Positions 40,447-50,512 of a stretch of 64,000 bases of DNA are shown here, piece by piece. This DNA comes from an uncultured Gemmatimonadales bacterium (GTDB lineage: Bacteria; Gemmatimonadota; Gemmatimonadetes; Gemmatimonadales; GWC2-71-9): the NCBI GenBank assembly GCA_963842945.1, contig CAWJIM010000021.1:96001-160000 (forward strand), in the 5' to 3' direction. A program made the translations under genes and the position numbers. Under the pieces are notes generated by a model. That model had not been told where the DNA came from. It saw only the letters and a list, made by a program, of their open reading frames with translations, and ran no database searches. Numbering within the stretch: position 1 is the first letter of the stretch; every line of letters begins with the position of its first letter.

Positions 40447-41922
40447 TTCGCCAAGTCCTTACGCTGATCCTGGCGTCTGTGGCGGCGGCTTGCGCCGTCG
40501 GCCCGAACTACCATCCGGAGCCAGTGGTTCCGGAGAAGACGCAAGTGGGAACCGCCGGCTCCTCCCCCTCCGCTCGGCAGTTCTTTGATTCCCTGGCGGC
40601 AGCCCGGGATAGCGACACCGTCTCGGTCACCGCCAAGCCGGCGGCACGGGTGGTGTTGCCCGATTCGTTGCCCGGCCTCGCCTGGGTGGACGTGTTTCGC
40701 GACTCAACTTTGCTCGATCTTACGAAGCTCGCGCTGGTGCAGAACCGGGATCTCCAGACCGCCATCAGCCGGATTCGCGAGTTCCGGGCCGATGTCGGAA
40801 TCGCTCGAGCACCCCTGTTCCCCAGCATCAGTGCCAACGGCAGTGTGAGTACCAACCAGGTTGCGATCGGCTCGTTTCCTCCAACCCAGTTCGACGCCTG
40901 GCGGGTTACGGCAGACGTGGCATGGGAGCTGGACTTCTGGGGACGCACCCGTCGGGGCATCGAGGCCGCCAATGCCGATCTGGCCTCCACCGAGGCGAGC
41001 CAGCGTGCGGTGGTTCTCTCCCTGGTAAGCGACGTAGCGCTCTCCTATCTGTCACTGGTTGAGCTCGACCAGGAGCGGACGCTCTCGGAGCGAACGCTGG
41101 CCTCGCGCACCGCCACGCTGGAGCTGGCTCGGCGGAGATTCCGCCAGGGATTGACCTCGGAGCTGGACGTGCGGCAGTTCGAGGCCCAGGTCGCGGTGCC
41201 GGCAGCGGCATTGGCTGCTACCGAGCGTTTCCGGGCCCAGCAGGAGCACGCGCTGAGCCTCCTGCTGGGGCAAGCACCCGCTCCGATAACCCGACGCAAA
41301 GATCTCGCGGGAATAGTGAACGCTCTCGAGGTGCCGGACTCGCTTCCTGCCGCTCTCCTCACCCGGCGGCCTGACGTTCAGGCGGCGGAACGGGCGTATG
41401 CCGCGGCTACGGCACGTATCGGCGTCGCCCAGGCTGCCCGGCTGCCTCAGATCACGATCACCGGCTATTACGGAACTCAGGTGGCCGAGGCCAGCAGGCT
41501 CTTCATCTCGAATGGAGAGGTGTACCAGGCTCTCGCCGGGGTCTCCCTGCCGATCTTCACCGGTGGCAGGCTCATCAATGAGACTCGAGCAGCAAGGGCC
41601 CGGGCCGATCAGGCACGATTGCAGTACGAGCAGAGTTTTTTGATCGCGCTTGCGGGAAGCGAGTGATGCGCTGGCGGGAGTGCGCACGACGCGGGATCAG
41701 GTGGTCGCACAGGAAACTCAGACCTTTGCCCTCCGCCGGGGGTTGCAGCTGGCTGAGCTGAGATATCGGACCGGTATTGCGAACTATCTCGAGGTTCTGG
41801 ACGCGCAGCGGAGCCTTTTCGCCGCTGAGCTGGCGCTGAGCCAGGCGCAGCTCGAGCAGCTATCGTCGGCAGTGCAGCTGTATCGCTCGCTGGGAGGCAG
41901 CTGGCCCGTGTCCGGGAAGTAA
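40443..41922 (+). CDS. Outer-membrane efflux lipoprotein (NodT/OprM-like), frameshift ~41655
   Basis: CAVGPNY, WELDFWGR, RRPDV, YLEVLDAQR, LYRSLGGSW. Confidence 0.93.
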
Positions 41923-41925
41923 GAG

Positions 41926-43746
41926 GTGAGCAGCCGCGACCGGCTGGGCGATTTCACCGCCGGTCCCCGGCTGCTGGTCCTATCGCTCATGGCGCTGGTG
42001 GTGGGGGTTATCAGCGCATTCGTTGCCCGGGCGCTGGTGTGGCTGATCGGCATCTTTACCAACCTGGCCTATTACCAGCGGTTCTCCTCCGAATTGGTCT
42101 CGCCGGCCGACAATCATCTCGGCTACTGGGCGGTCCTGGTGCCGATGGTCGGAGGTTTGATCATCGGCCTGATGGCCCGCTACGGCTCCGATCGGATTCG
42201 CGGACATGGAATTCCGGAGGCGATGGAGGCCATCCTGATCGGCCGGAGCCGCATGTCGGCCAAGGTCGCCATCCTGAAGCCGATCTCCTCGGCGGTCTCG
42301 ATCGGGACCGGTGGACCGTTCGGCGCCGAAGGTCCCATCATTGCGACTGGTGGAGCGTTCGGATCGCTCTTCGCACAGGGGTTTCACCTCTCTGCCGCCG
42401 AACGAAAGACCCTCCTGGTGGCCGGCGCATCCGCGGGTATGGCGGCGATTTTCGCGACACCGCTTGCGGCTGTCCTGCTGGCGGTGGAGCTCCTGCTCTT
42501 CGAGTGGAAGCCCCGCAGCTTCATCCCGGTGGCAGCGGCGTGCGCGATGGCGGCCGCCGTCCGGGTTCCCCTCCTGGGGCAGGGTCCGATCTTCCCCATA
42601 CCGCTGCACGCCGCCCTGCCCTGGCGGGAGCTGGCTTTCTCTCTTCCCATTGGCATCGTAGCGGGCTTCGCCGCCGGCACTCTGACCTGGCTGGTGTACG
42701 CGTGCGAGGACCTCTTCGCGCGGGTGCCGCTGAACCCGATGTGGTGGCCGGTCCTGGGCGGTGCGGTGGTCGGAATCGGCGGGCTGATCCAGCCGCATGC
42801 GCTAGGCGTCGGCTACGATATCATCGCAGGCTTACTGCAGGGCAAAATTGTCGGCTGGTTCCTGGTGAGCCTGCTGCTCACCAAGGCGATCATCTGGTCG
42901 TTCGCGCTCGGCTCGGGCACCTCGGGTGGGGTGCTCGCACCGCTCCTCATCATGGGCGGCGCCCTGGGGGCATTGGAAGCACACGTTATCCGGCCGGGTG
43001 AAAGCGGGCTCTGGGGACTGATGAGCATGGCCGCGGTGATGGGAGGAACCATGAGATCGCCGCTCACCGCGGTGGCATTCATGCTGGAGCTGACCGGAGA
43101 CTTTACCGCGCTGCCCGGGCTGTTGGTGGCCTGCGCGGCGGCCTACGGCGTCACCGTTTTGTTCATGCGCCGATCGATCCTCACCGAGAAAGTGGCCCGC
43201 CGAGGGTACCACGTGAGCCGGGAGTACAGCGTCAATCCGTTGGCACGGGTACGGGTGCAGGACGTCATGGAGCGCGACGTGCCCACTCTCACTCCGGAGA
43301 CGCCGGTGCAGGCGGTCGGCAACAGCATAGCGGCAGGAGATCCCAAGCTGGGTCACCGCCATGCCTGGCCGATCGTCACCGCCGAGGGTCGGCTGGTCGG
43401 GCTCATGACCCGGGGCGATCTGATGAAGGCGCTGGGCCGCCCCGATGCTGCCGAGCTGACGGTGGCAATGGCGGGCTCGCAAAAGCTGACCGTCACCTAT
43501 CCCGATGAGCTGGCCGAGGAGGCCGTGGCCAAGATGGCCCGGCTCAACGTGGGCCGGCTTCCGGTGGTGGATCGCAGTAACCCGCAAGAGTTCGTGGGAT
43601 ACCTGGGTCGCACCGGCATAGCCGCAGCCTGGCAGCTGCTGTTGAACGAGGAAGAGGTCCGGGAGGCGGGATGGCTCACGGCGCAGGGCCGGCTTTTCAG
43701 GATGCAGGTGCGCCGGGTGTTGGGCCGGTTCGGTTCAGGAGTTTGA
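41926..43746 (+). CDS. ClC chloride channel/antiporter with CBS pair
   Basis: GHGIPE, GAEGP, GGVLAP; C-terminal CBS domains. Confidence 0.93.
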   Translation: MSSRDRLGDFTAGPRLLVLSLMALVVGVISAFVARALVWLIGIFTNLAYYQRFSSELVSPADNHLGYWAVLVPMVGGLIIGLMARYGSDRIRGHGIPEAMEAILIGRSRMSAKVAILKPISSAVSIGTGGPFGAEGPIIATGGAFGSLFAQGFHLSAAERKTLLVAGASAGMAAIFATPLAAVLLAVELLLFEWKPRSFIPVAAACAMAAAVRVPLLGQGPIFPIPLHAALPWRELAFSLPIGIVAGFAAGTLTWLVYACEDLFARVPLNPMWWPVLGGAVVGIGGLIQPHALGVGYDIIAGLLQGKIVGWFLVSLLLTKAIIWSFALGSGTSGGVLAPLLIMGGALGALEAHVIRPGESGLWGLMSMAAVMGGTMRSPLTAVAFMLELTGDFTALPGLLVACAAAYGVTVLFMRRSILTEKVARRGYHVSREYSVNPLARVRVQDVMERDVPTLTPETPVQAVGNSIAAGDPKLGHRHAWPIVTAEGRLVGLMTRGDLMKALGRPDAAELTVAMAGSQKLTVTYPDELAEEAVAKMARLNVGRLPVVDRSNPQEFVGYLGRTGIAAAWQLLLNEEEVREAGWLTAQGRLFRMQVRRVLGRFGSGV

Positions 43747-43768
43747 CGCGACAACATGCCAGCTGTTC

Positions 43769-44758
43769 TTAGGGAACCAGCACAACGGCCCCCCGCACCA
43801 GGCCTTGCCGAAGACGGCCCAATCCCTCATTGGCCTGGCTGAGCGGCAGAGGCTCGGCCGCCACCTTCAGGGGGAATTCTGCGGCGAGCTTGAAGAACTC
43901 CTCACCATCCCGCCGGGTCAGATTCGCCACCGACCGAAGGACACGTTCTCCCCAGAGAATCTCGTAGGGAAATGACGGGATCGGGCTCATGTGAATCCCG
44001 GCGCAGATCACCGTCCCGCCTTTTCTCACTGCCCGTAGAGCCGTGGGAACCAGACTGCCGACTGGGGCGAAAATGATTGCCGCATCCAGTGGTTCCGGTG
44101 GCGTCTCGGTGGAAGCCCCGGCCCAGGAAACGCCCAGCTGCCGGGCGAATTCCTGCCCAGCAGCGTCCCCCTCTCGGGTGAACGCAAACACGCGCCGGCC
44201 CTGATACGCAGCAACCTGGGCAATCAGGTGGGCCGCCGCGCCGAAGCCGTAAAGTCCCACCCGCTGCGCATCGCCCGCCGCCCGGAGCGATCGGTAGCCG
44301 ATCAGACCGGCGCAGAGCAGCGGCGCCGCCTCGACATCGCTGTAGCTCTCTGGTAGAGGAAAACAATACCGCGCGTCGGCGACGGTGTACTCGGCGTATC
44401 CACCGTCGATCTGGTAGCCGGTGAACCGGGCCCGGTCGCAGAGGTTCTCCTGGCCCGAGCGGCAGAAGCGGCAGACCCCGCAGGTCCATCCCAGCCAGGG
44501 CACGCCGATGCGGTCTCCTTCAGCGAACCGACTGACGCCGGAGCCGAGAGCAGCGATGGTACCGACGATTTCGTGGCCGAGCACCAGGGGAAGTTTCGGG
44601 TGGGGGAGTTCGCCGTCAGTTACGTGGAGATCAGTGCGGCAAATGCCGCAGGCCCGCACCCGGACCAGGATCTCGCCGGGTTTTGGGTCAGAGATAGGGA
44701 TGCGAGCAGGTTGCAGCGCCTCCCCCGGCCGGGGAAGCACCATAGCGGCTCCAGCCAT
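43769..44758 (-). CDS. Zinc-dependent alcohol dehydrogenase
   Basis: CRTDLH, GHE, CGVCRFC..NLC, PLLCAG, YGFGAAAH. Confidence 0.95.
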   Translation of the reverse strand: MAGAAMVLPRPGEALQPARIPISDPKPGEILVRVRACGICRTDLHVTDGELPHPKLPLVLGHEIVGTIAALGSGVSRFAEGDRIGVPWLGWTCGVCRFCRSGQENLCDRARFTGYQIDGGYAEYTVADARYCFPLPESYSDVEAAPLLCAGLIGYRSLRAAGDAQRVGLYGFGAAAHLIAQVAAYQGRRVFAFTREGDAAGQEFARQLGVSWAGASTETPPEPLDAAIIFAPVGSLVPTALRAVRKGGTVICAGIHMSPIPSFPYEILWGERVLRSVANLTRRDGEEFFKLAAEFPLKVAAEPLPLSQANEGLGRLRQGLVRGAVVLVP

Positions 44759-44766
44759 CCTCCAAT

Positions 44767-45432
44767 TTAGCGCGCCTTGAGCTGCATCCTCTGTTGGGTC
44801 TTCCGCTCCCGGCCGCGGCCATCGACGACGGACAGCTGAACGGTGTATGCGCCGGGCTTCAGGTTGCGAAGCTCCACTTCCCGCTCCCGCCGACTAGCCA
44901 CACCTTCGACCTCATCCTTGAAGTTGACGATCAACGTCTTGGGCTTGGCCGAGCTCTTCTTATTCTTGGCTACGCGCTGCTGGGTGATCTCCAATCGGCC
45001 CCGGTAAGCTGTGCCGGAAGGCAATCCACACACATCGTAGCGGACCTCGATGTCCGATCCCGCGGCCGCAGCGCCGACCGGCTCCATGAGCACCAGGAAT
45101 CTCGGAGTCTTGATCTTCTTCGACCCGGAGGACCCGGTCTCGAGGGCCGAAGCGCAGAGGGACCGCCCGCTGCCGGTAGCGCTCAAGGTGTAGCCGCCCA
45201 CCAGTGTCAGGGCTGCCGCTCCACCTATCATTCCGAGAATCCGGGGGTGGCGCTTGCCCCGGCGCCAGATCTCTGTGCCCTGACGCTTCCCGCTACGCCA
45301 GAGCTCTCCACCCTTGCGTCGGGCCTGGTTCCACCCGTCCCGCAGGGCGAGCTGCATTCCGTTGGGCTGGAACCGGCGCTTGAACGGCCGGGGGACCTCC
45401 GGCTCAGGAATTCTCAAAAAGGGCTGGGTCAT
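44767..45432 (-). CDS. Membrane-anchored hypothetical protein
   Basis: GGAG RBS, single TM, C-terminal Ig-like LKPGAYTVQLSV. Confidence 0.65.
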   Translation of the reverse strand: MTQPFLRIPEPEVPRPFKRRFQPNGMQLALRDGWNQARRKGGELWRSGKRQGTEIWRRGKRHPRILGMIGGAAALTLVGGYTLSATGSGRSLCASALETGSSGSKKIKTPRFLVLMEPVGAAAAGSDIEVRYDVCGLPSGTAYRGRLEITQQRVAKNKKSSAKPKTLIVNFKDEVEGVASRREREVELRNLKPGAYTVQLSVVDGRGRERKTQQRMQLKAR

Positions 45433-45717
45433 GACGCTCCACCTCTGGACTCCGGGTTGGAATACTTGGCGGTAAGACAGCCCGACAGTGCAAGGATCGT
45501 GTAATTCACCCCGTGTGAACCGCCATCCTGCCGGTGCTGTTTGCCAATCCGTTTATGACCAACCAGATACGTCTTGAGAAACCAGATTTCACTCGCTGCT
45601 CCGAGCCGAAGCCCTGACGATTCCGGCCGTCAATCGTGCAACCGGCAGCATCCTCAGCGATACTCCTTGCATCGCCGAGACCATCGATCGCCGGGATTAG
45701 GAGCAGGAGAATCCTCC

Positions 45718-46341
45718 ATGTCGAACGACGACATCTACGCCGCAGGCCTGCTGAAGCTGGCGCTCGATCCCGAGACGCAGCCCGAGGCAATCCAAAGTTT
45801 TTTGCGGGCGGAGATCGATCTGCTCCGAGAAATGGTAGTGCCAGGAATGCGGGTGCTCGATGTCGGTTGCGGCACGGGACGCCATCTACTTCTTCTAGGT
45901 GAGCGCCTGGCCGCGGGGATCGGGGTGGACTACGAGCGAAGCTACGTGGTCGATGCCGCCCGGCAGGTCGGCCCCCTCCCGCTCTTCTTTCTTGTGGGAG
46001 ACGCGACCAGGATCCCGCTCGAGGGACCGTTCGATCTGGCCCTGTGTCTCACCAACACCTGGGGAACCATGAGCGACAAGGCGGGGGTACTCCGGGAAAT
46101 GCGCCGACTGGCTCCAGGAGCCGGCACCAGGTTTCTATCGGTCTACTCTCCGGCTTCCATACCGGCCCGGCGGGAGTGGTATCGGCGGCTGGGGCATACC
46201 GTGACGGAGGAGACGGCGGAGTATCTCGAAGGTGAGGGCGGATTTCGCTCCGAGCATTTTGCCGAGGGGCGGCTGCGGGAGTTGGTGGGTCACTGCAGCA
46301 TCCAGCCGCTGACCAGCATCGCCTACGCGGTCACCTTCTGA
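45718..46341 (+). CDS. Class I SAM-dependent methyltransferase
   Basis: VLDVGCGTG, VGDA, FDLA; AGGAG RBS. Confidence 0.88.
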   Translation: MSNDDIYAAGLLKLALDPETQPEAIQSFLRAEIDLLREMVVPGMRVLDVGCGTGRHLLLLGERLAAGIGVDYERSYVVDAARQVGPLPLFFLVGDATRIPLEGPFDLALCLTNTWGTMSDKAGVLREMRRLAPGAGTRFLSVYSPASIPARREWYRRLGHTVTEETAEYLEGEGGFRSEHFAEGRLRELVGHCSIQPLTSIAYAVTF

Positions 46342-46364
46342 CCGGAAGCTCCACCGTCAGGAGC

Positions 46365-46805
46365 TCAGTGCGGTCCTATGCGAAGGCTCCGGGTGGCGAT
46401 GTAGATCTCGCGGAGGAAGCTCACCAGGCCGGCAAACAGGGCCAGCATCGAGCCGGTAAATATCAGGCTGATCGGGATGGCCACATTGGTCTCCAGGAAG
46501 GCGGCCATGAACAGCGCGATGATCACCGCACAGATGAGAAGGGCGCAGACGGTGCACAGGCTGATGGCCCGGTTGATCAGGCGGGCCCGTCGAGAAAGCA
46601 GGTGAAGCTCACCGTGCATTCGCTCCTGGCCCACCGGCTGTGCCGTGACCAGCCGCTCCTCCAGCACACGGGCCCGGTCGATGATCCGCGTCAGACGGTT
46701 CGTGAGCACGCCCAGCAGTCCACTGACCCCGCTGAGCAGAAAGACCGGAGCGACGGCCAGCTGGATGACATGCCCGAGGGCAGCGACCTGTGATTCGGTC
46801 TGCAT
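46365..46805 (-). CDS. DUF2721 membrane protein
   Basis: IQLAVAPVFLL, TNRLTRIIDRAR, FLREI. Confidence 0.88.
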   Translation of the reverse strand: MQTESQVAALGHVIQLAVAPVFLLSGVSGLLGVLTNRLTRIIDRARVLEERLVTAQPVGQERMHGELHLLSRRARLINRAISLCTVCALLICAVIIALFMAAFLETNVAIPISLIFTGSMLALFAGLVSFLREIYIATRSLRIGPH

Positions 46806-46811
46806 TGGAGA

Positions 46812-47408
46812 TTAGGCCGGGGTTCTGGCCATCAGATCTTGCTCTGCTTGCACCGCCGCGCGTTCCCGCTCGATCCATCGGCTGAACCGTTCCAGCAGCG
46901 AGCGGAGCACCTTGCGAGTGACGTCGTCGGTGAGCCGAAGCTCGGCATCGAATCGGAGATGGGCCTGGGCCACGAGCAGCTCGGGCGGAGGGAGGGTCCG
47001 GGCATGCACGTGGGACAGAATCTGACGCAGATAATGCTGGGCCCGGGCGGTGCCGATCTGGCTGGGAGAGGCGCCCATGACGGCCACCGGCTTCCCCGCG
47101 AGTGGCGCTCGGCCGGGAAGCCGGGAAGCCCAGTCCAGCGCGTTGCCCAGGACGCCCGGTATGCCGTCGTTGTACTCGGGTGTAGCGATCAGCAGCCCAT
47201 CCGCCTGCTGGAGCGCAGCCTTGAAGCCGGCCACGCTCGGCGGATCGCCCAGTGCCTCGACGTCGGCGTTGTAAAACGGGAGCTCGCCGATCTCGATGGT
47301 CTCGACCAGCATGCCCTCGGGCGCCAGCTCGCGCGCCGCTTCGAGCAGAGCGCGGTTGTACGATTTCTTCCGGAGGCTTCCGGCAAATCCGATGATGCGG
47401 TCAGGCAC
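46812..47408 (-). CDS. NADPH-dependent FMN reductase
   Basis: GSLRKKSYN, ATPEYN, ALDWASR, GTARAQ. Confidence 0.93.
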   Translation of the reverse strand: MPDRIIGFAGSLRKKSYNRALLEAARELAPEGMLVETIEIGELPFYNADVEALGDPPSVAGFKAALQQADGLLIATPEYNDGIPGVLGNALDWASRLPGRAPLAGKPVAVMGASPSQIGTARAQHYLRQILSHVHARTLPPPELLVAQAHLRFDAELRLTDDVTRKVLRSLLERFSRWIERERAAVQAEQDLMARTPA

Positions 47409-47580
47409 GTGACAGCCGGCCCGCGGTCATCCGGAAAACGACGAGCTGATGCTCGCATGCGGGACATGCCTCCAGGTGCTCCGCTACGGCCAGAGCGTCG
47501 GCCAGCTTGAGCCGGCTCACGAAGTAGTACTCCAACTGCAGCACGGTTTTTTCGCAGGTCCAGCCAGGGGGATATTCCAC
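47401..47580 (-). CDS. 59 aa zf-HC2 (anti-sigma-type zinc finger) protein
   Basis: MEYPPGWTCEKTVLQLEYYFVSRLKLADALAVAEHLEACPACEHQLVVFRMTAGRLSRA; HxxxCxxC; stop overlaps next start. Confidence 0.75.
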   Translation of the reverse strand: MEYPPGWTCEKTVLQLEYYFVSRLKLADALAVAEHLEACPACEHQLVVFRMTAGRLSRA

Positions 47581-47622
47581 GAGCGCAGTTTCCTAGCTCA
47601 ATGGTTACTGGTAGACGGCGCC

Positions 47623-48009
47623 TTACTCGAAGTCCGCCGCCGTGGGAGGCCGAAATACCAGATCGAAGGCCAGGAAGAGCGTCTTGGAAAAGGGATAGAA
47701 CAGGGCCGGGAGGACAACCATCAGCGCAATACCTCCGTACAGCAGCGGCGTCCACGGCGGGTTGGGCCAGGTGTACACCAGAATGGCCAGAAAGATGGCG
47801 GCGAAGATCAGCTCTGCCGCAATCATGTTGAACATGTACGCGCCGACCTGATATCCCTCTTCTCCCCGAGCCAACCGGATACCGCAGACGGGACAGCGTT
47901 CCTGCATCCGAAGCCAGTGTGAAAAGAGTGGACCTCCTCCGCAATTAGGACATCGCAACAGGGCTGCCCGTCCAAACAGCACCAGCGGCCGTCTCTCAGA
48001 GGTCGCCAT
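47623..48009 (-). CDS. DUF983 family protein
   Basis: RCPNCGGGPLF..CPVCG, two TMs, YPFSKTLFLAFD. Confidence 0.85.
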   Translation of the reverse strand: MATSERRPLVLFGRAALLRCPNCGGGPLFSHWLRMQERCPVCGIRLARGEEGYQVGAYMFNMIAAELIFAAIFLAILVYTWPNPPWTPLLYGGIALMVVLPALFYPFSKTLFLAFDLVFRPPTAADFE

Positions 48010-48061
48010 GCCTCAGTATACCGGGCGGGCTCGGCTGCGCTACTCGGCTGCGCTATATGGA

Positions 48062-49327
48062 CTACTTCTTGGTCTTCGGCGTTATCCGCCAGAGCTCCCC
48101 GTTGTCCTGGTCGGTCACCACGTACAGCTCGCCCTGCGCGCCCTGACGTACGTCGCGAATACGCTGACCCCTCTGCTTGAGCAGATGCTCCTCGCCGGTC
48201 ACTCGGCCGTTGTCCATGCCGAGTCTGACCAGGCTGGTGGCGCCCATCCCACCGATGAAGAGGCTCCCCTTCCAGCCGGGAAAGGCATCGCCGCTGTAGA
48301 ACTGCATTCCCGCCGGCGCGATCACCGGATCCCAGTAATACACCGGCTGCTGGTACCCTTCCTTGGCGGTTACCGCGCCGGGAATGGGGACGCCGGAATA
48401 TTCCTCGCCATAGGCCTGGAGCGGCCAGCCATAATTCTTGCCCTTCTCGACCCGATTCAGCTCGTCTCCACCGTTGGTGCCATGCTCCACTTCCCACAGC
48501 TGGCCCTGCGGATCGAAGGCTGCCGCCTGCACGTTCCGGTGGCCCAGCGTCCAGATCTCCGGCCGGGCGTTCGGCTGTCCCACGAACGGGTTGTCCTCCG
48601 GCACCGATCCATCGGGATTGAGCCGGAGAATCTTGCCCATGTCGCTGTCGAGCCGCTGAGCCTGGGGTCTCATCTGCTTGTCCGATCTTTCACCCAGGGT
48701 CACATACAGCTTGCCATCGGGACCGAAGGCCAGGCGCGAGCCGAAGTGCTTGTCGCCGTCATAAGTCGGCATTGCCTGAAAGATCACCTTCACCTGGTCG
48801 AGTCTCGTCCGGTCCTCCGAGAGCACCCCCCTGCCGACACTGGTGGCATTGCCGCCGGTACGCGGCTCCGCGAAGCTCCAGTAGATGGTTCGATCGCTTG
48901 CGAACGAGGGACTCAGCGCGGCATCGAGCAGTCCACCCTGTCCCTTGGCTTCGACCTTGGGCAAATTGGCAATCGGCGGACCCACGTTCCCCGCGGCCGA
49001 GATCACCCGCATACGGCCGGGCCGCTCGGTGACCAGCAAATCTCCGCCCGGCAACGGCTCGACCGACCACGGATGTTCGAGCCCGCGCGCCACGACGGTA
49101 ACATCAAAGGCCACGTTCGACTTTTCCTCGCAGGCGCGGGTCTGCCCGGGAAAGGCGGGCTGCTGTTTCGACGCGTTAGGCTCTCGGCTTTCCAGCGGCT
49201 TGCAGGGGGCAGTGCCGCCGGCGCTGGAGTGCTGGCCCACGGCGGCCTTGCTCGAGTCCGAAGAGCAGGCCAGACCCGCGGCGACGATGCCGCCCAAGAA
49301 CAGAAGGGGATATTGTTGGTGAACCAT
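48062..49327 (-). CDS. PQQ-dependent soluble sugar dehydrogenase (GSDH/YliI-like) lipoprotein
   Basis: GLEHPW, GQGGLLD, HFGSRL, GHRNVQ, EHG..GGDELN, NYGWP. Confidence 0.93.
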   Translation of the reverse strand: MVHQQYPLLFLGGIVAAGLACSSDSSKAAVGQHSSAGGTAPCKPLESREPNASKQQPAFPGQTRACEEKSNVAFDVTVVARGLEHPWSVEPLPGGDLLVTERPGRMRVISAAGNVGPPIANLPKVEAKGQGGLLDAALSPSFASDRTIYWSFAEPRTGGNATSVGRGVLSEDRTRLDQVKVIFQAMPTYDGDKHFGSRLAFGPDGKLYVTLGERSDKQMRPQAQRLDSDMGKILRLNPDGSVPEDNPFVGQPNARPEIWTLGHRNVQAAAFDPQGQLWEVEHGTNGGDELNRVEKGKNYGWPLQAYGEEYSGVPIPGAVTAKEGYQQPVYYWDPVIAPAGMQFYSGDAFPGWKGSLFIGGMGATSLVRLGMDNGRVTGEEHLLKQRGQRIRDVRQGAQGELYVVTDQDNGELWRITPKTKK

Positions 49328-49429
49328 GATTCCTCATCCGGAAATGCGTAGCCCTGGCGAACAACGCTCCATATCGCCAAAGTATCGTCTGACCCGACAA
49401 CCGGAGCAATCCATGCTTGAGCATCACAG

Positions 49430-50512
49430 ATGACTCGGCTCCTCGCTCTGTTGCTCTGCGCAACCGCGGCCGGTGGCCCGCTCTGGGCACAGTCTCTGCT
49501 CGATCGGCCTCCCAATGTCTCCGGCGGATGGGTCTCACCCACCGGCACCATTCAATTCAACTTCCTGCATCGTTTCGTCCGGAGCGATGCGCCGGAGCGG
49601 AAGATCACCAGCTTTCCGACCTTTCTGGTCGGCACCGGCCTGCCCCACCGCACCATGATCGGGTTTCTCTACTCTACCAACTCGACCCTGGCTCCCCGCT
49701 ATCCCAACGAGTGGGAGTTTTTTGGACGATGGCTGGCGCTCTCGCAGGATGCCGGCGCCGCGGTGGACCTGAGCGGACAAGTGGGCTACAACCTGGCCGC
49801 AGAGGGTGTGGACGGTGAGATCTCCGTCGCACGGGCACTGGGCAAAGTGCGACTGATCGGGGTGACTCGGGTTTTGGAAGATCCATCGGGAAATGACGCC
49901 GACGTCGCGGTGGGCGGCGGATTGGTGATTCGAGTCCACCGGTACATTGCTTTGGCGGGAGATCTGGTCACCCTCACTGACCGTGACTCACTCCTGGGCG
50001 AAGAGGTGGCTTGGAGCGCCGGAGTTCAGCTGGCCATCCCGGGCTCGCCCCACACGCTATCGCTTCAGGCCACCAACACCAACACTGCCACTCTGCAAGG
50101 TTCCTCTCGCGGCACCAGCCAGGTTCGCTATGGGTTCGAGTTCACCATCCCGATCACCCTCTCGCGATACTTCGGAAAGCACCAGCCACCCCCGCCACCG
50201 CCGGCGGCGGCAGGACCGACGGCTGCGGGAGACACCTCCATGGCAGCCAGCAAGGCGTCGATCAAAGCAGGCATCAAGAGCCTGGCTTTCCAACCCAACC
50301 GGATAGAGATCACGGCTGGAACCACGGTAACCTGGACCAACAGCGATCCGCTGGAGCACAGCGTGACCGCGGCAGATCGAAGCTTCGATTCTGGATTGAT
50401 CAAGTCAGGCGGCACCTGGCGCTACACCTTCACCCGGCCCGGCACATACCAGTTCTACTGTCAGCCGCATCCCTTCATGAAGGGCGTGGTGATCGTGAAG
50501 GAGGGCTCATGA
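49430..50512 (+). CDS. Putative outer-membrane beta-barrel fused to a C-terminal cupredoxin
   Basis: Signal peptide, FNFLHRF..HTLSLQATN barrel-like region, poly-Pro linker, HSV..YCQPHPFM. Confidence 0.8.
   Translation: MTRLLALLLCATAAGGPLWAQSLLDRPPNVSGGWVSPTGTIQFNFLHRFVRSDAPERKITSFPTFLVGTGLPHRTMIGFLYSTNSTLAPRYPNEWEFFGRWLALSQDAGAAVDLSGQVGYNLAAEGVDGEISVARALGKVRLIGVTRVLEDPSGNDADVAVGGGLVIRVHRYIALAGDLVTLTDRDSLLGEEVAWSAGVQLAIPGSPHTLSLQATNTNTATLQGSSRGTSQVRYGFEFTIPITLSRYFGKHQPPPPPPAAAGPTAAGDTSMAASKASIKAGIKSLAFQPNRIEITAGTTVTWTNSDPLEHSVTAADRSFDSGLIKSGGTWRYTFTRPGTYQFYCQPHPFMKGVVIVKEGS

Noticed and set aside
11202..49351. Long antisense ORFs (for example 11202-12809, 38002-40275, 48008-49351)
   Set aside because: Shadow frames of GC-rich genes, with no recognisable motifs.
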